Shown: positions 1-12,133 of the stretch, piece by piece | Numbering within the stretch: position 1 is the stretch's first letter | How the letters are laid out: each line of letters opens with the position of its first letter | The notes under the pieces: generated by a model | The model's input: only the letters and a program-made list of their open reading frames with translations | What the model was told of the DNA's origin: nothing | Databases searched by the model: none | Origin: Escherichia coli | GTDB taxonomy: Bacteria > Pseudomonadota > Gammaproteobacteria > Enterobacterales > Enterobacteriaceae | NCBI RefSeq assembly: GCF_050320075.1 | Contig: NZ_CP190018.1 | DNA: 64,000 nt | Direction: 5' to 3' (one strand) | Translations under genes and position numbers: made by a program

Positions 1-1
1 C

Positions 2-388
2 AAATATTACTGCGATCGCGCAATGGCTAAAAAGTTTGTGCTGAACTTCAGGCCCGGCTATGCCGCCAATATCAACGATTACCTCCCGGAAAAACTGTCG
101 ACACGTCTGGCTGAGGAGTCTGTTTCCCTGTGGCTGTCTACCTGTATTGCCGGTGTGGTGAAGCCTTATGCCAACGGTGCTCACGCATGGGAAATGAGCG
201 TTGTCAGAGTGCGTCGAAGCTGGTGGAAAAAACATCGGGATGAGTTTTCTTTACTGGAAGGGGATGCGTTCAGGCAGTGGTGCATTGAACAGCGGCAAGA
301 GCCGGAGATGGCAAACGTGATTTTAGTCACCGATGACGAAAGTTGCGGGTATTCGGCTATGGAAGGATTGACTGGCAAGGTTGGTTGA
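2..388 (+). CDS. cas3: Cas3 C-terminal region (partial, 5' end outside window)
   Basis: Open frame runs from position 2 with no upstream stop and ends at TGA 386-388, directly upstream of cse1; position matches cas3 in type I-E operons. No motif-level confirmation possible on this fragment. Confidence 0.55.
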   Translation, partial: KYYCDRAMAKKFVLNFRPGYAANINDYLPEKLSTRLAEESVSLWLSTCIAGVVKPYANGAHAWEMSVVRVRRSWWKKHRDEFSLLEGDAFRQWCIEQRQEPEMANVILVTDDESCGYSAMEGLTGKVG

Positions 389-485
389 GATGCCTGCGAC
401 AGGGCTCTCTGAATAGTTGATACACCGAAAAGGATGGAATGATGGACAACCGACCAGGGATGGTCTTTTTTACGAGAGGATGCGT

Positions 486-2048
486 ATGAACTCGTTTTCA
501 CTTCTGACAACCCCGTGGTTGCCCGTTCGTTATAAAGACGGAACGACAGGCAAACTGGCGCCAGTCGATCTGGCGGATGAAAATGTTGTCGATATCGCTG
601 CGCCGCGGGCAGATCTCCAGGGGGCGGCATGGCAGTTTTTGCTGGGACTATTACAAACCAGCTTCGCGCCAAAAGATCAACGTCGTTGGGATGATATCTG
701 GGAAGACGGACTGGAAGCTGAAAAGCTACGGGAAGCATTGCTGTCATTAGACCATGCTTTCCAGTTCGGGCCAGATTCACCTTCATTTATGCAGGATTTT
801 GAGGCGCTCACGGGAGATAAAGTTCCGGTCGCTTCGCTACTGCCTGAGATTCCCGGCGTTCAAACAACAAAGTTTAATAAAGACCACTTTATCAAGCGTG
901 GTGTAACGGAACACCTGTGCCCACAGTGTTCTGCACTAGCCTTGTTCTCTCTACAGTTAAATGCGCCGTCAGGTGGCAAAGGCTATCGCACCGGCTTACG
1001 CGGCGGTGGGCCGATGACCACGCTGATTGAATTACAGGAATATCAGGGCAATCAACAAACTCCCTTGTGGCGCAAACTATGGCTCAACGTGATGCCGCAG
1101 GATGAAGCCGACTTACCGCTACCCAAAAAATTTGACGATCTGATTTTCCCCTGGCTAGGCCCGACGCGTACCAGCGAACTGGCCGGTGCGGTGGTAACCC
1201 ATGATCAGGTCAATAAACTCCAGGCGTACTGGGGAATGCCGCGGCGTATACGTATTGATTTTAATACCACGACAGTCGGCAACTGCGATATTTGCGACGA
1301 GCAGAACGACGCGCTCCTGAGCCTGATGACGACCAAAAATTATGGTGCCAATTATGCCATGTGGCAGCATCCCTTAACGCCTTACCGTGTACCACTTAAA
1401 GAGGGGGGCGAGTTTTACTCCGTTAAACCACAACCGGGCGGTTTAATCTGGCGCGACTGGTTAGGCCTTATCGAAACGGGTAAATCAGAAAACAATACGG
1501 AACTTCCCGCGCTGGTGGTGAAACTCTTTAATGCCAGCAGTCTGAAACAGGCAAAAGTGGGCCTATGGGGATTTGGTTATGATTTTGACAACATGAAAGC
1601 GCGCTGTTGGTACGAACACCATTTCCCGCTACTGCTCAATAAAAAAGAAGGCCAGATACCGAAGCTGCGGCTGGCTGCGCAAACGGCTTCACGGATTCTG
1701 AGTCTGTTACGGAGTGCATTGAAAGAAGCATGGTTCTCCGATCCAAAAGGTGCAAGGGGTGATTTCAGTTTTGTGGATATCGACTTCTGGAACAAAACTC
1801 AGCATCGCTTCCTGAGGTTAGTGCGCCAAATTGAAGAAGGTCAGGATGCGGATGAATTACTCGGCAAATGGCAAAAGGAAATTTGGTTATTCGCGCGTCA
1901 GGATTTTGACGAGCGTGTATTCACTAATCCTTATGAGCCCGTTGATTTGAAACGCGTCATGACCGCGCGCAAGAAATATTTTACAACATCGGCGGAGAAG
2001 CAAAGTGCTAAAGCCGCCAGGGAGAAAAAGCAGGAGGCTGCTGAATGA
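486..2048 (+). CDS. cse1: Cse1/CasA, Cascade large subunit (type I-E)
   Basis: 520 aa from ATG 486, preceded by GAGAGGA RBS. N-terminus MNSFSLLTTPWLPVRY and GYRTGLRGGGPMTT segment resemble Cse1; first gene of the Cascade operon. ORF-track start at 417 is judged an upstream extension. Confidence 0.85.
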   Translation: MNSFSLLTTPWLPVRYKDGTTGKLAPVDLADENVVDIAAPRADLQGAAWQFLLGLLQTSFAPKDQRRWDDIWEDGLEAEKLREALLSLDHAFQFGPDSPSFMQDFEALTGDKVPVASLLPEIPGVQTTKFNKDHFIKRGVTEHLCPQCSALALFSLQLNAPSGGKGYRTGLRGGGPMTTLIELQEYQGNQQTPLWRKLWLNVMPQDEADLPLPKKFDDLIFPWLGPTRTSELAGAVVTHDQVNKLQAYWGMPRRIRIDFNTTTVGNCDICDEQNDALLSLMTTKNYGANYAMWQHPLTPYRVPLKEGGEFYSVKPQPGGLIWRDWLGLIETGKSENNTELPALVVKLFNASSLKQAKVGLWGFGYDFDNMKARCWYEHHFPLLLNKKEGQIPKLRLAAQTASRILSLLRSALKEAWFSDPKGARGDFSFVDIDFWNKTQHRFLRLVRQIEEGQDADELLGKWQKEIWLFARQDFDERVFTNPYEPVDLKRVMTARKKYFTTSAEKQSAKAAREKKQEAAE

Positions 2049-2581
2049 GTATTGTAAAAGAGGAGCACAAAGCCACGCTGCGTAAATGGCACGAAGAGTT
2101 GCAGGAAAAACGCGGCAATCGTGCCAGTCTGCGGCGTAGCACAACGGTTAATGATGTTTGTCTGTCAGAAGGGTTTCGTTCTCTGCTGATGCAGACCCAC
2201 ACTTTGTGGAAAATTGAAGCACAAGAGTGGCGTTTTACCGCACTGGCGCTGGTCGCCGCAGTTAGCGCCAATGTTAAAGCTATTGATGAACGGCAGCCTT
2301 TTGCCGCGCAGCTGGCGGCGGTAATGTCGGAGGGGCGTTTTACTCGCCTGTCGGCAGTAAAAACGCCTGATGATTTACTGCGTCAGTTACGTCGCGCGGT
2401 CAAATTATTAAATGGTTCCGTCAATCTTATCTCTTTGGCAGAAGATATTTTCCGCTGGTGCCAGGAGAGCGACGACCTGCTCAATCATCACCGCCGCCAG
2501 CAGCGGCCAACAGAATTTATCCGTATCCGCTGGGCGCTGGAATATTACCAGGCTGGCGACGCCGATAACGAACAAAATTAA
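2045..2581 (+). CDS. cse2: Cse2/CasB, Cascade small subunit
   Basis: 178 aa, ATGA overlap with cse1 stop; size and position as expected for cse2. Confidence 0.8.
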   Translation: MSIVKEEHKATLRKWHEELQEKRGNRASLRRSTTVNDVCLSEGFRSLLMQTHTLWKIEAQEWRFTALALVAAVSANVKAIDERQPFAAQLAAVMSEGRFTRLSAVKTPDDLLRQLRRAVKLLNGSVNLISLAEDIFRWCQESDDLLNHHRRQQRPTEFIRIRWALEYYQAGDADNEQN

Positions 2582-2595
2582 TAAAGGACTATCTC

Positions 2596-3651
2596 ATGAC
2601 GACATTTATTCAGCTTCATTTGTTAACCGCTTACCCTGCTGCCAACCTTAACCGTGATGACACCGGTGCGCCAAAAACTGTGGTACTGGGTGGAGCAACG
2701 CGTCTGCGCGTTTCCTCACAAAGTCTGAAACGTGCGTGGCGCACTTCTGCACTTTTTGAACAGGCACTGGCGGGCCATATTGGTATTCGCAGTGGGCGTA
2801 TTGCGCGTGAGGCGGCAACTATCCTGATTGAGAAAGGCATCGAAGAGAAAAAAGCCATCGAATGGGCGGCAAAAATTGCGGATTATCTTGGGAAAGCTAA
2901 AAACGACAAAAAACCAAAAGATCCGCTCACTAACGCCGAAACTGAACAGCTAGTCCATATCAGCCCGGCAGAATTTGACGCCGTAAAAGCGCTGGCCCAT
3001 CAACTGGCCGAAGAAAAGCGCGCGCCAAAAGAGGAAGATCTCGCTTTGTTACGTAAAGATCGCATGGCGGTAGATATCGCTATGTTTGGTCGTATGCTGG
3101 CGAATAAACCCGAATTTAATGTTGAAGCCGCCTGCCAGGTCGCGCATGCATTTGGTGTCAGTGAAACGATTGTCGAAGATGATTTTTTCACCGCCGTTGA
3201 TGATTTGCGCCAGGCTTCTGAAGATGCCGGTGCCGGGCATCTTGGTGAAACCGGATTCGGTTCTGCGCTGTTCTACACCTATATCTGCATCGATAAAGAT
3301 CTGCTGGTCGAAAACCTCGGCGGTGACGAAGCGTTAGCTAATCAGACCTTGCGCGCCTTTACGGAAGCCGCACTTAAAGTCTCCCCAACCGGCAAACAGA
3401 ACAGCTTTGCCAGCCGTGCCTACGCCTCCTGGGCGCTGGCAGAAAAAGGCACTGAACAACCACGCTCTCTGGCGGCGGCTTTCTATGAACCCATTAATGG
3501 CACCCGGCAGTTAGATGTGGCGGTGCAGCGTATTACAACGCTTCGCGAAAATATGAATACGGTCTATGAACAGAAGACCGAATGCGCAAGCTTTGACGTG
3601 ATGAACAAACAGGGAAGCATGAAGGACGTGCTGGACTTTATCTGCGCGTAA
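2596..3651 (+). CDS. cas7: Cas7/CasC, Cascade backbone subunit
   Basis: 351 aa, third Cascade gene, RBS AAGGA upstream. Confidence 0.85.
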   Translation: MTTFIQLHLLTAYPAANLNRDDTGAPKTVVLGGATRLRVSSQSLKRAWRTSALFEQALAGHIGIRSGRIAREAATILIEKGIEEKKAIEWAAKIADYLGKAKNDKKPKDPLTNAETEQLVHISPAEFDAVKALAHQLAEEKRAPKEEDLALLRKDRMAVDIAMFGRMLANKPEFNVEAACQVAHAFGVSETIVEDDFFTAVDDLRQASEDAGAGHLGETGFGSALFYTYICIDKDLLVENLGGDEALANQTLRAFTEAALKVSPTGKQNSFASRAYASWALAEKGTEQPRSLAAAFYEPINGTRQLDVAVQRITTLRENMNTVYEQKTECASFDVMNKQGSMKDVLDFICA

Positions 3652-3661
3652 GGGGCGGCTA

Positions 3662-4408
3662 ATGAGCCAATATTTGATTTTTCAGCTTCATGGGCCAATG
3701 GCATCCTGGGGCGTCGATGCCCCCGGCGAAGTGCGTCATACCCATGAACTGCCTTCGCGCTCAGCATTGCTGGGGCTGCTGGCTGCCGGGGTAGGGATTC
3801 GGCGTGATGATACCGAACGATTAAACGCGTTTAACAGCCACTATTCACTGGTGGTTTGCGCCAGCCGTAACCCGCGCTGGGCACGGGATTATCACACGGT
3901 CCAGATGCCAAAAGAGGTGCGTAAAGCGCGTTATTTCAGCCGTCGCGAAGAGTTGAGCGCCCCTGATCTTCTGAGCGCGATTATCTCCCGGCGCGACTAC
4001 TACACCGATGCCTGGTGGATGGTGGCGGTGGCAACAACCCCCGATGCGCCTTACAGGCTTGAACAGTTGCAGGACGGTTTACGTCATCCGGTTTTTCCGC
4101 TTTATCTGGGGCGAAAAAGTCATCCGCTGGCGTTACCACTTGCGCCGTTACTGCTCGAAGGCAACGCGTCTGATGTCTTACGTAACGCATACCAACAGTA
4201 TCAGGATAGTTTCCGCGAACTGAAAGTCTCACTCCCGAAACTTCAGGATGAATGCTGGTGGGAAGGGGAACACGACGGCCTGGTCGCGAGCAAAATATTA
4301 CGTCGCCGGGATGTTCCTTTAAATCGTCAGCAGTGGCTGTTTGGGGAACGCACCATCAATCAGGGGCCGTGGCTCAGCAAGGAGGAACCATGTACCTCTC
4401 AAGAATAA
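3662..4408 (+). CDS. cas5: Cas5/CasD
   Basis: 248 aa; N-terminus MSQYLIFQLHGPMASWG resembles the CasD N-terminus (MRSYLILRLAGPMQAWG in K-12 as I recall). Confidence 0.85.
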   Translation: MSQYLIFQLHGPMASWGVDAPGEVRHTHELPSRSALLGLLAAGVGIRRDDTERLNAFNSHYSLVVCASRNPRWARDYHTVQMPKEVRKARYFSRREELSAPDLLSAIISRRDYYTDAWWMVAVATTPDAPYRLEQLQDGLRHPVFPLYLGRKSHPLALPLAPLLLEGNASDVLRNAYQQYQDSFRELKVSLPKLQDECWWEGEHDGLVASKILRRRDVPLNRQQWLFGERTINQGPWLSKEEPCTSQE

Positions 4409-5036
4409 CCTTACATACCGGCCAGCTTTCGCCTGCGCAGTTGCTGCATCTGGTGGATCGCGGTGAATATGTAATGCATCAGTGGCTGTGGGATCTTTTT
4501 CCTGGCGGCAAAGAAAGGCAATTTCTTTATCGTCGGGAAGAACTCCAGGGGGCGTTTCGCTTTTTTGTCCTGTCGCAGGAACGCCCGGCGGAAAGTGATA
4601 TTTTCACCATCGAATGCCGACCATTTGCGCCAGAGTTGCGTACCGGACAATCCCTTTGTTTCAACCTGCGGGCGAATCCAACAATTTGTAAAGCGGGCAA
4701 ACGCCACGACTTGCTGATGGAGGCGAAACGGCAGGTGAGGGGGCAGGTGGAAGGAAGTGATGTCTGGTTGCATCAACAACAGGCGGCGCTGGACTGGCTG
4801 GCAGCGCAGGGGGAAAGAAGCGGTTTTACACTACTGGATACCTCGGTCGATGCCTACCGACAACAGCAACTGCGGCGGGAAAACTCCCGGCAACTGATCC
4901 AGTTCAGTAGCGTGGATTATACGGGGATGCTTACGGTCACCGATCCTGGGTTATTTCTGCAACGTCTGAGCCAGGGGTATGGCAAAAGCCGCGCGTTCGG
5001 CTGTGGTCTGATGCTGATCAAACCCGGAGCAGAGGC

Positions 5037-5040
<4 letters not shown>
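4390..5040 (+). CDS. cas6e: Cas6e/CasE, crRNA endoribonuclease
   Basis: 216 aa from ATG 4390 (MYLSRITL..., cf. K-12 CasE MYLSKV...); GGAGGAACC RBS; overlaps cas5 3' end by 19 nt. ORF-track start 4252 rejected as extension. Confidence 0.85.
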
Positions 5041-6250
<1,210 letters not shown>

Positions 6251-6346
6251 GTTATCTGTTCTTTAAAAATAAGGAAATGTTTTAATTTAGTTGGTAGATT
6301 GTTGATGCGGAATAAATTTGTTTAAAAACAGTTATGTATGCTTAGT
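6251..6346 (+). promoter_or_regulatory. CRISPR leader (AT-rich, between cas2 stop and first repeat)
   Basis: 96-bp AT-rich segment immediately upstream of repeat 1 on the sense side; leader position next to cas2 as in E. coli CRISPR-I. Confidence 0.7.
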
Positions 6347-6985
6347 GTGTTCCCCGCGTCAGCGGGGATAAACCGACAATCAGATCACGATCGATGCCTC
6401 GCGTGAGGTGTTCCCCGCGTCAGCGGGGATAAACCGATTTTCGCAGCGGGTAACCGCGCCCGGCGATCGTGTTCCCCGCGTCAGCGGGGATAAACCGTTT
6501 ATGTGGAGTATCAGTGCCTGGGTGGAAAGGTGTTCCCCGCGTCAGCGGGGATAAACCGTGGGGCTGAGCATGGCTAAACAACCGAGGCGCGTGTTCCCCG
6601 CGTCAGCGGGGATAAACCGGTCAACTGGCACCACAGGATGATGGCGGCGAAGTGTTCCCCGCGCCAGCGGGGATAAACCGCAGGTCGACCGACTGGAGGC
6701 GGAGATTGTCGGGTGTTCCCCGCGCCAGCGGGGATAAACCGTGTTGTTTTTCTGCCGGATTAACGCGGTGCGAGTGTTCCCCGCGCCAGCGGGGATAAAC
6801 CGTTGTCGGGCTTGTTCGGCGCGGGTTGTTAACTGTGTTCCCCGCGCCAGCGGGGATAAACCGCCAGCGAAGGACTTGCTCGTGTGGTTAAAGCCGTGTT
6901 CCCCGCGTCAGCGGGGATAAACCGGACGCACTGGATGCGATGATGGACATCACTTGGAGTTCCCCGCCCCTGCGGTAGAACTCCC
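6347..6985 (+). CRISPR. Type I-E CRISPR array: 10 full 29-bp repeats, 10 spacers of 32 bp, plus a degenerate terminal repeat
   Basis: Repeat GTGTTCCCCGCG(T/C)CAGCGGGGATAAACCG at 6347, 6408, 6469, 6530, 6591, 6652, 6713, 6774, 6835, 6896 (period 61 bp); terminal degenerate repeat GAGTTCCCCGCCCCTGCGGTAGAACTCCC at 6957-6985. Sense strand is + (hairpin then AUAAACCG 5' handle). Confidence 0.97.
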
Positions 6986-7005
6986 AGCTCTCATTTTCAA
7001 ACCCA

Positions 7006-8043
7006 TCAAGACGCCTTCGCCAGCTCTTTCACCAGCGGTAGCATTATCCGTATAACATCACGGCAGCGACGTTCTATTCTTCCAGGAAGCGCCTTATCAA
7101 TATGTTGTTGATTATCAAGCCTGACATCGTGCCAGCTTGTTCCCGCAGGGAAGGCGGCGGTTTTTGCACGTTGCTGATAGCCATCCTTATTCCCAAGATT
7201 CCAGTTAGTTGCCTCCACCGAAAGTACCGCAATACCGGCTTTGTCAAAAACTTCCGCGTCGTTACAGCACCCGGTACCCTTCGGATAATTTTTATTCAAA
7301 CCCGGATTGGTCGTTGCGGCAATTCCATGACTACGCGCAATTGCCAGCGCCCTGTCGCGCGTTAATTTCCTTACTGCTTCAGGGGTTTTTACACCGCTGT
7401 TGAAATACAATTTATCGCCAACAATTAAGTTATCGAGATTAATCACCAGCAGCGTATTTTTCTTTTCGGTGTCACTCATCCGCTTGAGTAAATTCTCAGC
7501 ACCTAATTTCCCTTCCTCTTCACCACTGGTCGCCACAAATCGAATACCATACTCGGTAGGCGTATTTTTCAGGCGTTCTGCCAGTTCCAGCATGACACCT
7601 AAACCTGCGGCGTTATCATCCATTCCTTGTAACGTCAGCCCGCCGAGATTGGCATCGGCGTCAGCATCGCTCAGCGGGGCGTATGTATCCAGATGCGCCA
7701 TAATGATGATCTGCTGCGGCGCTTTGCCTTCATGAGCGGCAATCACCGTACTTCCCGTCACGTTATGCCAGCTCTTGCGATTATCGCGGGCGGTATAAAT
7801 ATACCGACTATTAAATGTCCGAATATCACTGCGATAACCCATTTGCTGAAACTGTTGGCGAATATAATCGGCAGATAACATTTCTGCAGGAGTTCCGGTC
7901 ATGCGTCCCGGAAAGAAAGTAGCAATATGTCGTGCCTGAGTATTAGCAAAATCGCCAGGTTTAGGTGACGAGGCGTGTACGGGGAGAATAAAGCATACGC
8001 CGAGCGCCAGGGCAGCGGTACGGTGGCGCAATGCGGAAAACAT
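7006..8043 (-). CDS. iap: Alkaline phosphatase isozyme conversion aminopeptidase
   Basis: 345 aa with signal peptide; matches E. coli Iap; classic neighbour of the CRISPR-I array. Confidence 0.9.
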   Translation of the reverse strand: MFSALRHRTAALALGVCFILPVHASSPKPGDFANTQARHIATFFPGRMTGTPAEMLSADYIRQQFQQMGYRSDIRTFNSRYIYTARDNRKSWHNVTGSTVIAAHEGKAPQQIIIMAHLDTYAPLSDADADANLGGLTLQGMDDNAAGLGVMLELAERLKNTPTEYGIRFVATSGEEEGKLGAENLLKRMSDTEKKNTLLVINLDNLIVGDKLYFNSGVKTPEAVRKLTRDRALAIARSHGIAATTNPGLNKNYPKGTGCCNDAEVFDKAGIAVLSVEATNWNLGNKDGYQQRAKTAAFPAGTSWHDVRLDNQQHIDKALPGRIERRCRDVIRIMLPLVKELAKAS

Positions 8044-8294
8044 AGTGAGTCCTTAAATACCATGCAAATTTTTTTACCGCCATAGTATGAAACTGCCGCT
8101 GCGCTAAAACAATTTCAAATCTTCCTAAACGCCCGAAATCCGGTGCCTTAAGCACTTTTTGATATTAGCTTTGCCAAATCGTTATTCCGTTAAGGAACTA
8201 CTCATTCTAATTGGTAATTTCATTCGTTCTCTTACGCTCCCTATAGTCGAAACATCTGATGGCAAGAAAATAGCGGTATTGCAAAGGAACGGTT

Positions 8295-9203
8295 ATGGAT
8301 CAAATACGACTTACTCACCTGCGGCAACTGGAGGCGGAAAGCATCCACATTATTCGCGAGGTGGCGGCAGAATTCTCAAATCCGGTGATGCTCTACTCTA
8401 TCGGTAAAGATTCCAGCGTCATGCTGCATCTGGCGCGCAAGGCGTTTTATCCAGGTACGCTGCCTTTCCCGTTGCTGCATGTCGATACCGGCTGGAAATT
8501 CCGCGAGATGTATGAGTTCCGCGATCGTACGGCTAAAGCCTACGGCTGCGAGCTGCTGGTGCATAAAAACCCGGAAGGCGTGGCGATGGGGATTAATCCA
8601 TTCGTTCATGGCAGCGCGAAACATACCGATATTATGAAAACTGAAGGCCTGAAACAGGCGCTGAATAAATACGGTTTTGATGCCGCCTTCGGTGGTGCAC
8701 GCCGCGACGAAGAGAAATCCCGCGCTAAAGAGCGAATCTACTCTTTCCGTGACCGCTTCCATCGCTGGGATCCGAAAAATCAGCGCCCGGAGCTGTGGCA
8801 CAACTACAACGGGCAAATTAACAAAGGCGAAAGCATTCGCGTCTTCCCGCTCTCTAACTGGACCGAGCAGGATATCTGGCAATACATCTGGCTGGAAAAT
8901 ATCGACATTGTTCCGCTGTATCTCGCTGCGGAACGACCGGTTCTGGAACGCGACGGTATGTTGATGATGATTGATGACAACCGTATCGACCTGCAACCGG
9001 GCGAAGTGATTAAAAAACGGATGGTGCGTTTCCGTACGCTGGGCTGCTGGCCGCTGACCGGTGCGGTGGAGTCAAATGCACAAACACTGCCGGAAATCAT
9101 CGAAGAGATGCTGGTTTCCACCACCAGTGAACGTCAGGGTCGCGTGATTGACCGCGACCAGGCGGGATCCATGGAGTTGAAAAAACGTCAGGGGTATTTT
9201 TAA
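8295..9203 (+). CDS. cysD: Sulfate adenylyltransferase subunit 2
   Basis: 302 aa, [27 protein letters not shown]..., E. coli CysD. Confidence 0.97.
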   Translation: MDQIRLTHLRQLEAESIHIIREVAAEFSNPVMLYSIGKDSSVMLHLARKAFYPGTLPFPLLHVDTGWKFREMYEFRDRTAKAYGCELLVHKNPEGVAMGINPFVHGSAKHTDIMKTEGLKQALNKYGFDAAFGGARRDEEKSRAKERIYSFRDRFHRWDPKNQRPELWHNYNGQINKGESIRVFPLSNWTEQDIWQYIWLENIDIVPLYLAAERPVLERDGMLMMIDDNRIDLQPGEVIKKRMVRFRTLGCWPLTGAVESNAQTLPEIIEEMLVSTTSERQGRVIDRDQAGSMELKKRQGYF

Positions 9204-9204
9204 G

Positions 9205-10632
9205 ATGAACACCGCACTTGCACAACAAATCGCCAATGAAGGCGGCGTCGAAGCCTGGATGATTGCGCAACAACATAAAAGCCTGCTGCGTTTTCTGACC
9301 TGTGGTAGCGTCGATGACGGCAAAAGTACCCTGATTGGTCGCCTGCTGCACGATACCCGCCAAATCTACGAAGATCAGCTCTCATCGCTGCATAACGACA
9401 GTAAACGTCACGGCACCCAGGGCGAAAAACTGGATCTGGCACTGCTGGTGGACGGCCTGCAAGCTGAGCGCGAACAGGGCATCACCATTGACGTGGCTTA
9501 CCGTTATTTCTCTACCGAGAAGCGTAAATTTATTATCGCCGATACCCCAGGGCACGAGCAGTACACTCGCAATATGGCGACTGGCGCATCGACATGTGAA
9601 CTGGCGATCTTACTGATCGATGCCCGTAAAGGCGTGCTCGATCAAACCCGTCGTCACAGTTTTATCTCCACACTGTTGGGGATCAAACATCTGGTCGTGG
9701 CGATCAACAAAATGGATCTGGTGGGTTACAGTGAAGAGACGTTCACCCGTATTCGCGAAGATTATCTGACGTTTGCCGGGCAGCTGCCGGGTAATCTGGA
9801 TATCCGCTTTGTGCCGCTCTCTGCACTGGAAGGCGACAACGTGGCTTCGCAAAGTGAAAGTATGCCGTGGTACAGCGGTCCGACACTGCTCGAAGTGCTG
9901 GAAACCGTGGAGATCCAGCGAGTGGTGGATGCCCAGCCAATGCGCTTCCCGGTGCAGTACGTTAATCGCCCGAATCTCGATTTTCGTGGCTACGCCGGAA
10001 CGCTGGCATCCGGTCGCGTGGAAGTCGGGCAACGTGTCAAAGTGCTGCCCTCTGGTGTGGAATCAAACGTCGCGCGGATCGTGACTTTTGATGGCGATCG
10101 CGAAGAAGCCTTTGCCGGAGAAGCGATCACCCTGGTGCTGACGGATGAGATCGACATCAGCCGTGGCGATCTGCTGCTGGCGGCAGACGAATCATTACCG
10201 GCTGTGCAGAGCGCGTCGGTGGATGTGGTATGGATGGCGGAACAGCCGCTTTCCCCAGGCCAGCGTTACGACATCAAAATTGCCGGTAAGAAGACGCGTG
10301 CTCGTGTTGATGGCATTCGTTATCAGGTTGATATTAATAACCTTACCCAACGCGAAGTTGAAAACCTGCCGCTGAACGGCATCGGCTTGGTGGATCTCAC
10401 CTTTGACGAGCCACTGGTGTTAGATCGTTATCAGCAAAACCCGGTTACCGGTGGGCTGATTTTTATCGATCGCCTGAGTAATGTGACCGTAGGTGCCGGT
10501 ATGGTGCACGAGCCAGTTAGCCAGGCAACTACTGCGCCATCTGAATTCAGTGCATTCGAACTGGAATTGAATGCACTGGTTCGTCGCCACTTTCCGCACT
10601 GGGGCGCGCGCGATTTGCTGGGGGATAAATAA
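9205..10632 (+). CDS. cysN: Sulfate adenylyltransferase subunit 1 (GTPase)
   Basis: 475 aa, GTP-binding motifs [18 protein letters not shown]. Confidence 0.97.
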
Positions 10633-11237
10633 TGGCGCTGCATGACGAAAACGTCGTCTGGCATAGCCATCCGGTCACTGTGCAACAACGCGAGCTACAC
10701 CACGGTCATCGTGGTGTAGTGCTGTGGTTTACCGGCCTCTCCGGGTCCGGTAAATCAACGGTCGCCGGGGCGCTGGAGGAGGCGTTACATAAACTCGGCG
10801 TCAGTACGTATCTGCTGGATGGCGACAATGTTCGCCACGGATTATGCAGCGATCTCGGTTTTAGCGATGCCGATCGTAAAGAAAATATCCGTCGCGTCGG
10901 TGAAGTGGCGAATTTGATGGTTGAAGCCGGACTGGTGGTGCTGACCGCATTTATCTCGCCACACCGCGCCGAACGCCAGATGGTTCGCGAACGCGTAGGA
11001 GAAGGGCGCTTTATCGAAGTGTTTGTCGATACACCGCTGGCGATTTGCGAAGCCCGCGATCCAAAAGGCTTATATAAGAAAGCGCGTGCCGGTGAACTGC
11101 GTAACTTTACGGGAATAGATTCCGTTTACGAAGCGCCTGAATCGGCAGAAATTCATCTCAATGGTGAACAATTAGTAACAAATTTGGTACAGCAATTATT
11201 AGATCTGTTGAGACAGAACGATATTATCAGATCCTGA
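10632..11237 (+). CDS. cysC: Adenylylsulfate (APS) kinase
   Basis: 201 aa, P-loop GLSGSGKST. Confidence 0.97.
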
Positions 11238-11286
11238 GACACCACCGGGTTTCCATGCCCGGTTCGTCAAAGTAACAGGATCAAAT

Positions 11287-11610
11287 ATGCGTAATAGCCA
11301 TAACATTACACTAACAAATAACGACAGCCTTACTGAGGATGAAGAAACCACATGGTCACTGCCTGGTGCCGTGATCGGTTTTATCTCATGGTTATTTGCG
11401 CTGGCGATGCCGATGTTGATTTATGGCTCTAACACGCTGTTCTTCTTTATCTACACCTGGCCTTTCTTTCTGGCACTGATGCCTGTCGCGGTAGTGGTGG
11501 GGATTGCGCTGCATTCATTGATGGACGGAAAGCTACGCTACAGTATTGTTTTCACCCTGGTGACAGTAGGCATTATGTTTGGCGCACTGTTTATGTGGCT
11601 ACTGGGCTAA
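11287..11610 (+). CDS. ygbE: Inner membrane protein YgbE
   Basis: 107 aa, hydrophobic segments; position between cysC and ftsB as in E. coli. Confidence 0.85.
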   Translation: MRNSHNITLTNNDSLTEDEETTWSLPGAVIGFISWLFALAMPMLIYGSNTLFFFIYTWPFFLALMPVAVVVGIALHSLMDGKLRYSIVFTLVTVGIMFGALFMWLLG

Positions 11611-11803
11611 TTTGTACTTTCTTGTCTCCTCTGTTCATAATTCAAACCGTAACTAATAATGAGATTATGTTCTGCACGCCCTGGGTATACGTAACAATGG
11701 ACAAATGTGGTACATTTGCCCGCGTTGTCGCGGTATCCCCAACAGAGGATGTAGAGTCGTCTTCGGATGCATGGGATGATGATGCCGTTTTTCAGGGGGC
11801 AGG

Positions 11804-12115
11804 ATGGGTAAACTAACGCTGCTGTTGCTGGCTATTCTGGTCTGGCTACAGTATTCGCTGTGGTTCGGTAAGAACGGTATACATGACTATACCCGCGTCA
11901 ATGATGATGTGGCGGCACAGCAAGCTACAAACGCGAAACTTAAAGCGCGAAACGATCAACTTTTTGCCGAAATTGACGATCTCAATGGCGGCCAGGAGGC
12001 GCTCGAAGAGCGTGCGCGTAATGAACTCAGCATGACCAGGCCGGGCGAAACTTTTTATCGTCTGGTGCCTGACGCGTCGAAGCGCGCACAGTCTGCGGGG
12101 CAAAACAATCGATAA
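11804..12115 (+). CDS. ftsB: Cell division protein FtsB
   Basis: 103 aa, N-terminal TM segment and coiled coil; E. coli FtsB. Confidence 0.95.
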
Positions 12116-12133
12116 ATCAGCCCAGGAATTAAC

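Noticed and set aside
23-388. 121-aa ORF as a stand-alone small gene
   Set aside because: Reading frame is open upstream to the window edge, so it is better explained as the C-terminal tail of cas3.
417-485. Upstream extension of cse1 (543-aa version)
   Set aside because: Cse1-like N-terminus and RBS support ATG 486; the extension would start only 29 bp after the cas3 stop with no RBS.
4252-4389. N-terminal extension of cas6e in the ORF track (262-aa version)
   Set aside because: Extension overlaps cas5 in another frame; conserved Cas6e N-terminus MYLSRITL with a GGAGG RBS starts at 4390.
7102-7878. Several 60-110 aa plus-strand ORFs
   Set aside because: All are antisense inside iap.
8376-8996. 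206-aa minus-strand ORF
   Set aside because: Antisense within cysD; no independent support.
11595-11816. 73-aa ORF in the ygbE-ftsB gap
   Set aside because: Overlaps the ygbE 3' end and ftsB start, has no RBS and an odd composition; the interval is more plausibly the ftsB promoter region.
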